NCBI GenBank assembly: GCA_030264375.1
Contig: JASCQW010000032.1
Coordinates: 66,855,174-66,919,173, forward strand
DNA: 64,000 nt
Reading direction: 5' to 3'
DNA from: Carcharhinus longimanus
Taxonomy: Eukaryota
Below, piece by piece: positions 61,303-64,000 of the stretch. The notes beneath the pieces were generated by a model, which saw nothing but the letters and a program-made list of their open reading frames with translations, had not been told where the DNA came from and did no database searches. Every line of letters begins with the position of its first letter. Position 1 is the stretch's first letter. Position numbers and translations under genes: made by a program.

Positions 61303-62070
61303 GGCCTGAATTTTACAGTCCCCCACTGGCAGGGGAGGGAGCGTGAAATTAAAGGAATGGAATTCCTTCGTGGTTCTTGCCAGCCCAACAACTTAGCGAC
61401 TTTACACAGGGTGGGCAAGGCCTCAGCTAGAAAGCCCACCCTTTCCTCCATTGAATTGTCTCTGTGTATGCATGGGTTTCCTCTGGGTGCTCCAGTTTCC
61501 TCCCACAGTCCAAAGATGTGCGGGTTAGGTTGATTGGCCATGATAAATTAAAGCTAGTGTCAGGGGAATTAACAGAGTAAATACATGGGGCTATGGGGAT
61601 ATGGCCTGGGTGGATTTATGGTCAATGCAGACTCGATGGGCCAAATGGCCTCCTTCTGCACTGTAGGGATTCTATGATTCTATTCTATGAGTGACCAATG
61701 AATGGACACTTAAGAGCCGTTTCCTGTCCAGTCTCAATTCTTAGGCTGGCAGGAACATTGATTCTCCTTGGGGAAGGCTGGGAAGAATCAAAGTTAGATC
61801 TTTAGTGGGAACAGAGTGATTGCGGGCGCCTCAACCAGATGCTGTCTTCTGACTTGAGGTTCCCTCCTCTTGAGTCCCAGTGACCTCCAGATGTCCATTC
61901 CCCCCGGATATCTTCCCNNNNNNNNNNCCCACCCTGAGACCTCTTACACTTAATGTATCCTCCAGCTCAGGCAAGTTGGTGCAGATCTTCTTCTGTCCAC
62001 TGCAGCACTCTTGCTGCAAGGACTGGAGAATTGCTGACCAATTTGAATGGCTCATCGGTGCATAAATTAA
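61303..62070. mobile_element. Degenerate Harbinger-like non-autonomous element with SINE insertion
   Basis: Begins ggcctgaattttac, like the other MITE termini; right end not identified. Confidence 0.35.
61457..61690 (+). mobile_element. HE1/V-SINE-type SINE, tail type A, head truncated
   Basis: Central domain and tail gcactgtagggattctatgattctattctatga. Confidence 0.85.
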
Positions 62071-62327
62071 TCATAAGGCAGTTGGAGAAGCTGAGGATCC
62101 TTGATTAACAAAAGGGTAAAAGGTTGATGAGGGTAGGCAGGAATGTGATCAGCCATGAATTTATTGAATGATGGAGCAGCTGCAAGGAGCCAAACAGCTT
62201 ACTTCTGCTCTTTATTTGCATGTTCATGTGTTACACGCCGACTCTTTGAATGGCGGGAGATGAACGCCCATCAAATTCAGCCCTCTGGTTTGATTCTCCA
62301 CTTATGGTTATTCTTGATTGTTCTTGA

Positions 62328-62692
62328 GGGAGGCACGGTGGCCCAGCGGTTAGCAGTGCTGCCTCACAGTGCCAGGGACCCAGGTTCAATTCTGGCCCTG
62401 GGCAACTGTATGGAATTGCACATTCTCCCTGCGCCTGCATGGGTTTCCTCCACGTGTTTCGGTTTCCTCCCACAGACCAATGATGTGCAGGTTAGGTGGT
62501 TTGGTCATGCTGAATTGCCCCTTAGTGTCCCAAGATGTGTAGTAGATGGATTATCCATGATAAACGTGTGGGGTTACAGAGATAGAGCGTGGGAAAGCAC
62601 TTGGGTAAGATTCTATGTCAGAGAGTCGGTGCAGATTTGATGGACCAAATGGCCTCATTCGGCACTGTAGGAATTCTATGGTTCTATGATTG
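62328..62692 (+). mobile_element. HE1/V-SINE-type SINE, tail type A, full length
   Basis: Head ggcacggtggcccagcggttagc...ggttcaattc; tail gcactgtaggaattctatgg. Confidence 0.85.
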
Positions 62693-63649
62693 CTATTCCG
62701 TAATCCTGCTGGAAGTGAGCGTGCGTGGTTATCGAAAAGATTTGGCTTTATCTGCACATCCTTTACAGCCAGCCAGACAAGGTTTCAGAGGGGTGTTGAA
62801 CTGGATGCTCACGTATGTCACTACATAAGGGCAGGAAATTGGGACAAAGTTTGCAAAAGGGAAAACATATACTAAGTGAGCCAATTGTTGGGTAATGGAA
62901 AAAAAATCTTTTCTCCCCAATGGTAGCATGAGCAGAGAGAGTAGTTTTAGATGTAGATGCATTCACGTATTCAGTGGTCAGTTGAGCCTCCAATTAGGCG
63001 TCATTATATAGATAGAAAGTGTTCAAAATTGTTGGACTGTCAAAAATTGGGCATTCTGCTGCAAGGTGTTGCCAGTGCATTTAGCTAATTTATCATTCCA
63101 TTATGATTTTAAAGTGCACTAAAACATCCAAGAACTGCATATCATTTTTACATCAATGATTTCTCCCATGTGAATCTCAGACTGGATGGGGGGAAGCCTG
63201 AATAAAATCCTAATTGAGAAAGCTTGATCTAACAGTGATTCATGCTGTCATCCATGGTCAGGAGTATTATAAAACTGAAACCTGTAGATATCTCCCTTGA
63301 TAGCGACAGCCTAGAGACAGCTCAAATGGGAAGCAGTTATGGCTTGATGTAGTTTTCACTCAGCTTCTATTGATTCAACCAAAACTAACAAAACTGCCCT
63401 TTCCGGAGATGTTTATGCTGGAATGTCAATCGAGAATGGGAAGGAAGCCCCGGTCTTCAATTTGAGGGCAATATCTTCGCAATTGATGTGCATTTTCAAA
63501 CAACAGTCAACATTTTCATGTGACGTTTTTGCCTTTATATTAAAATGATCAGTGTCCCCTGTATTCAGCCCAACAAAGAAAACTAAGGAAAGATCAGCCC
63601 TTGACTCAACATAACATTTGGTGTACTGTGCTGTGTGTGGAAAAACCTT

Positions 63650-63916
63650 GGGCTGCGATTCTCCCCTCAGCAGGCCAGGAGATTCTCGAGGCCAATCCAT
63701 GGGGTTCATGCGAACATTCGCGCCCTGCTTGCGTCTCCCAGCGCCAGATTTCCGGTGGTGCCTGCCCTGTGCCGGAAATCGGTGGGGAGACACAAAAACC
63801 ATCTACGTGGTCATTTTAATATAATTTAAGTATGGTTAGCAGGACCAGGGCTGAAGTCTCCTGGCCCGCTAGCATCACACACCACTTCAGCGTATTTCAC
63901 TCCAGCTGGGTTTACA
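63650..63916. mobile_element. Left end of a GC-rich Harbinger-like non-autonomous element
   Basis: Terminus gggctgcgattctcc resembles the TIR at 25228; internal hairpin gatttccgg...ccggaaatc. Confidence 0.45.
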
Positions 63917-63919
63917 ATA

Positions 63920-63980
63920 TAGAATCATAGAGGTTTACAGCATGGAAACAGGCCCTTCGGCCCAACTCATCCATGCTGCC
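63920..63980 (-). mobile_element. CR1 3' tail
   Basis: atagaatcatagaggtttacagcatggaaacaggcccttcggcccaac. Confidence 0.7.
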
Positions 63981-64000
63981 TTTTTTTAAAACCCTTTAAA

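Noticed and set aside
62155-62640. 161-aa ORF and the many similar 'WLALLPHSARD' ORFs
   Set aside because: These are translations of HE1-type SINEs and CR1 tails, not genes.

Overview
This is eukaryotic, vertebrate DNA, almost certainly shark: it carries HE1/V-SINE-type and Deu-type SINEs plus CR1, L2, Rex-Babar, RTE, Penelope-like, Gypsy and Harbinger remnants, in a draft assembly with about 14 N-gaps. Nearly all ORFs in the supplied track are chance ORFs or decayed transposon fragments. The only host gene I can support is the 5' end of a minus-strand gene at about 18.6-19.5 kb. It has a TATA-like promoter, a non-coding exon, a 187-bp intron and an exon encoding only a 19-aa signal-peptide-like sequence (MRYPVHPLLLILLQCLLQT). 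A phase-0 intron follows and apparently runs off the left edge of the window. This layout fits the neurexophilin family (NXPH2/NXPH4-like), but 19 aa cannot prove identity. The interval of about 6.6-21.5 kb is TE-poor and looks regulatory, while 21.5-64 kb is a gene-free field of nested TEs. I found no convincing wholly new biological system. The best leads are a uORF whose stop overlaps the main start codon, a SINE family carrying two different LINE-derived tails, hammerhead-ribozyme remnants in Penelope-like elements, and an intronic hairpin. TE boundaries were read by eye and are approximate (tens of bp); family names come from recalled consensus features, not database searches.
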